The notes under the pieces were generated by a model. That model saw nothing but the letters and a program-made list of their open reading frames with translations. It made no database searches and was not told where the DNA came from. The translations under genes and the position numbers were made by a program. 64,000 nucleotides of DNA from Schizochytrium sp. TIO01 (Eukaryota; Protista; Bigyra: Labyrinthulomycetes), in contig SMSO01000036.1 of the NCBI GenBank assembly GCA_004764695.1, positions 744,001 through 808,000 of the forward strand, written 5' to 3'. The stretch's first letter is position 1. The number at the start of each line of letters is the position of its first letter. Positions 61,301-64,000 of the stretch are shown here, in pieces.

Positions 61301-61559
61301 CGACGCCGCAACATCAATGTTCATTCGAAGTATTGCTGTATTCATTAACGACTTTTCTACAACAGCTTTGATCTTCTGCCCAAAGATGTATTTTAATGTG
61401 TTTGGTCCTCCTGATTCATCTGGTGCTGGTACATCAGTACTAGGTAGGACAACCACACCAAAGAGAAGGCTTGTCGCTCCGATCGGGTCTCATTCATCAG
61501 TAGGAAAAACTGATGTTGCCAGCACAAGGAAATCTACCACTTCTTCATTGGGCAACTAA
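58377..61559 (+). CDS. Class C-like Cache-repeat GPCR, copy C (intact, 1060 aa, diverged paralog)
   Basis: Signal peptide MLIALLAFCSCISQAHA. Same four Cys-opened repeats (58515, 58989, 59484, 59925), EGF-like module (60423), and 7TM with VKASQP, FAETKYL, IFCPKMY. Confidence 0.9.
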   Translation: MVHRDRRCSTHYMLIALLAFCSCISQAHATRQERFIDPGLTYSIPGCSANYNAPCSFNLVNRLVKEIAKDILNVNNDTKVLEKVNSEGYDPVETSHFHPYVFDAATMECVASARNASFIGKTIEEIALEVNVPIKQEHLSEEFYNASLPSHHGWLQFIFLSEEFEDDPVTHLAYLMQAQSSSGKSYVIMSCFAQRTATRVESESCPYSVNRRCSLENALSLVGNMIYRAITVESTAQLRILWEDATFPQDAYLREGNFYNFMFGFGNSTPHYSYAHIRDDWIGLSIDEISQLFVSTDIQNGTLIHENFANGAKSGGAWVDYTWTTSDAENIAYKVSYVAGLNLFGSTYYVGAGFNHERDDEVHSALCETCSANYSEPCSIGNALSLSAHAEVELLANGANAETFQHINSDDIFTINGGFGVLIVDYQNGTVMSDSAHNSTIGQDVGFAFSRRHITNRNISHALLKSKASSGSGWIRLPTEPGYGDYIAMVSRLSEDNEDYYVMTGYLATRAPTVEICSAMYSGSCSAVNTRALVGEVVTALQTCSSDAEFQKVLDEINMGVNSSFTVQPNFYAHVLDEDFNLIAFGDSSLWKGWSSESPESFLTYVREAHSVTSVGEDFLQDMKASAFEQGGGFVTVEWVEAGSGASNVTFFSLIAQHTNDYGVRKNYYVSSWYFNADPPTLCSDGCQENSYCVSDGNDGLPGHCECGFYYVEQSNDSGEDTCSETTTSNPFMTCAYDPDKETTSKVKTIARALGAINCIFALGCIVWTIYMRNYTIVKASQPLLLVLVGVGTIVSSMTIFAMTIDDIVGPPAGDGDNNRANGACIAQTWFYGIGFAITYCSMIVKLRRVGKIFQHAAQMKKARGVSMGSTFASLLALLSVEVIVLIVWTSTDTLRFVRPEDSPLNGACESSNARAFVIILALYHLLLLLYGARLSYRCRKVNGVFAETKYLSLAMIGNLQVLLLALPVIVLTADDAATSMFIRSIAVFINDFSTTALIFCPKMYFNVFGPPDSSGAGTSVLGRTTTPKRRLVAPIGSHSSVGKTDVASTRKSTTSSLGN

Positions 61560-61839
61560 AAATAGTATTGTTTTTCAATGCTTGCCTTGTGGCCTTCGCC
61601 CATCTAACACTGTTTTTCCTGTCACCCTTCAGGTCAAATGTTAACTATTCTAACAAACAGAACAATGAAGAATGATTTTGAAGAAAGTACAGTTTAAGCT
61701 ATTCTTAACTTAAATGCTCTCCTTCCTTTATTTTGATGTAACATGCGTTGGAAATAATGGGTAACTAAACTATAAGTCACTACCCAGTGTGTGCTTCGTC
61801 AACAGTTAGAACTAATTTTTATAATTACGTAGGTGCCCC

Positions 61840-62530
61840 ATGTCTTGAGCTCCAAACTCCTGCACCGAAGAACACTTCGCTCCCGGTTGCATTTATCCAT
61901 AAATGTTTTCAAAGATATAAAATTTCTAGGGCTACGTTCATGGGCGCCCTAAGCTTCTATCCTAAGATTGTGAAATTGAAGTTCAAGGCCTAGTTGGCTT
62001 GCTTAGCTCATGCCTGTAAAAACTATTAGTGAAATTTCTAAATTTTGTGGTTCCGTGTGAGATCTCAGGAGAGAGCGCAGAACACCCATCACAATAGTTT
62101 TCTTGCTATGGATTTCATGTTGCCATTTCCCCTCTGTAAGCATTTTGCAGACCTTGTTTTTGACATGGAGACAAATTCGCAAATTCAAAACCAGCTTTAT
62201 TAAAAAAAGCCGCTATACTTTCCAAGGTTAATTGCTTATTGGCGAAGACAATGGTTAGATACTCAGGTTGTAGCACAGGTCGAAATATTTAACGGATCTT
62301 TTCCAAAAGAGCGCAAGCAGTTTCTAGTTGCAAAAGAAGTAATTGAGTCTGATATTTTTCTCTGTTTATGGTTCTCTGTTTTCAGGATAGTGTGCAATCT
62401 GAAGGGATATTTTGGTGCTGCAGTAGTTCTCTAGTTGGATCCTTCAGTATGAAAGGATTTCATGCGTCTTCTTGACAAAGTTTAAAGCAGTAAGTTAACA
62501 AGAGCGTCAAGCTATTGCAGACATTCCTTC
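61840..62530 (-). mobile_element. Possible decayed non-LTR (LINE-like) reverse transcriptase fragment
   Basis: Minus strand, in canonical order: CLQ*LDALV (62497-62523, cf. LQYADDLV), QLENYCSTK, GKYSG (KYLG), KWQHEIHSKKTIVMGVLRSLL, FFGAGVWS (YG.EVW). Each match is weak alone. Confidence 0.35.
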
Positions 62531-64000
62531 AAATTTTATTTTGACGTTGGACTTGTGAGCACCTTTTAAAATCTTGTTTTAAAAAATTAAATAAATAAAT
62601 ACATGGTAGTACCTACTGATTTCACATGTAGTATAATATGATAAGACTAAAAGCTGTCCATTATCTATAGTCCCTGAGGTCTATATATATAATCATAATC
62701 CTTAAAAGAGTACTCAGGATTGAGTTCAACAACTTACTTTAATTATTTTTATCCGTTTAAATTCACAACTTCTTGTTCTCAGAGACCTGAAAACGCTATA
62801 TACTGCTTATATCGAAGCTATGAGCTAGTTTACTTCTAGAATAGATAACATCCGAACTGGAGGTGTAATGAATTAGGGTTTCAAGAGATATCGAATGTGA
62901 TCAGGTTCAAATTCAAATGTTTTTTGCGTTGCTTAATCTTGATTGCACTTTTTATTATTTGTTTATCTACTAACAAAGAAATAAAATATAGAAGAGGCCT
63001 AAATATAAATGTAATCGTTTTTGTTTCTTTAAACATTTTAAAAAAGTAATTTTAAAAATAACTTATTTAGGTAATAATAAGAAGAATAAATATATATGTT
63101 CGAGACATAGTTTCACTGTTTTTTATTCATTAATTTTAAGTTTGGAAAACTAAGAACTCTTGTCAAAGTTGCAAATATGAAACATTTTATCAAACTGTTC
63201 AGAATAGAAAAAATGAGGAGAGCATATCAAATATAAACTTTTGTAAATTTTGTAAATAACTTTTGATAAATATTCAATCAAATTCCAATACACGCAGACA
63301 GGAAATATGTGGTTCAAATTGAATCGTTCATTAACAGCTCGCATGCATGTTTTTCAATTATGGGGGGTGCTTACTACATCGTATAGTTTTACATCATATT
63401 ATAGAATTGGGAATTATTTTTAAGTGCTCTTTGCTCATCTGCCTTGAAAAAGGTCGAGAATGAAAGGGTATCAGTAGTAACAAGGCAAAATGTCCACTGC
63501 AAAGGCCTGGTATTATCAGTACATATACAGTACCAACCGGGCGCCCTTATATTTGTTCCAAGATACGGTTGCTTGCACACCACTTTGGTAAAGGGACTAT
63601 AGTGACGACTCATTTTCAAAGTAAAATATAACGGTTTTGCGGGTCGACGTGGAAGACTCTTTCTAGTATTCTTTTCATTTTATAGATAATTTAAAAGGAA
63701 ACTGAACAAAGAACTAAGTGATCTGCTGTACAATCATCTAATAAAGAGTTTAACTTCATACTGTCTTCCACACCACGAGCACTCGCGAAATAGTTTTTAG
63801 AATGCATTCGTTACAGAATTTTTTTTGGAATAAATACGAACTGCCGCAGTTCAAGGTGGTGCTTATTTCATCAAGAAAAATATGAGAAATCGAGAAAGAA
63901 AATTAAAATAATTAAGAAACACGAAGGAAAATAAAAAGTAGAAGGGATTTTGAAATAATAGCTAGCTATACCTAGTACCCTACTCCCAAATGCAACGCCG

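Noticed and set aside
1-64000. CRISPR arrays, rRNA, tRNA, telomeric repeats
   Set aside because: None seen by eye. tRNAscan-SE/Infernal would be needed to exclude small RNAs.

Overview
Eukaryotic genomic DNA, gene-sparse, with AT-rich spacers and apparently intron-free genes. The gene content and style suggest a flagellated stramenopile-like protist, possibly a thraustochytrid (inference, not demonstrated). Housekeeping genes: S10 serine carboxypeptidase (5'-partial), type II membrane sulfotransferase-like gene (one frameshift), PWP1, single-exon midasin/MDN1 (~17.3 kb), outer-arm dynein Ca2+-binding light chain LC4-like, NAD-dependent MTD1-type methylene-THF dehydrogenase, and IFT140. Two things stand out. 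(1) A tandem cluster of three class C (GABA-B-like 7tm_3) GPCR genes. Their ectodomain is not a Venus flytrap but four ~160-aa repeats resembling single Cache (bacterial chemoreceptor-type) sensor domains, each opened by a Cys-x7-Cys motif, followed by an EGF-like module. Two copies are homogenised except at a patch in repeat 2. (2) A decayed IS607-type element (serine recombinase TnpA plus TnpB/Fanzor2 RuvC-zinc finger, followed by hairpins) between PWP1 and MDN1, which no single ORF reveals. Also present: a Ty1/copia relic, weaker LINE-like and integrase-like relics, and microsatellites. All calls come from motif recognition by eye; no searches were run.
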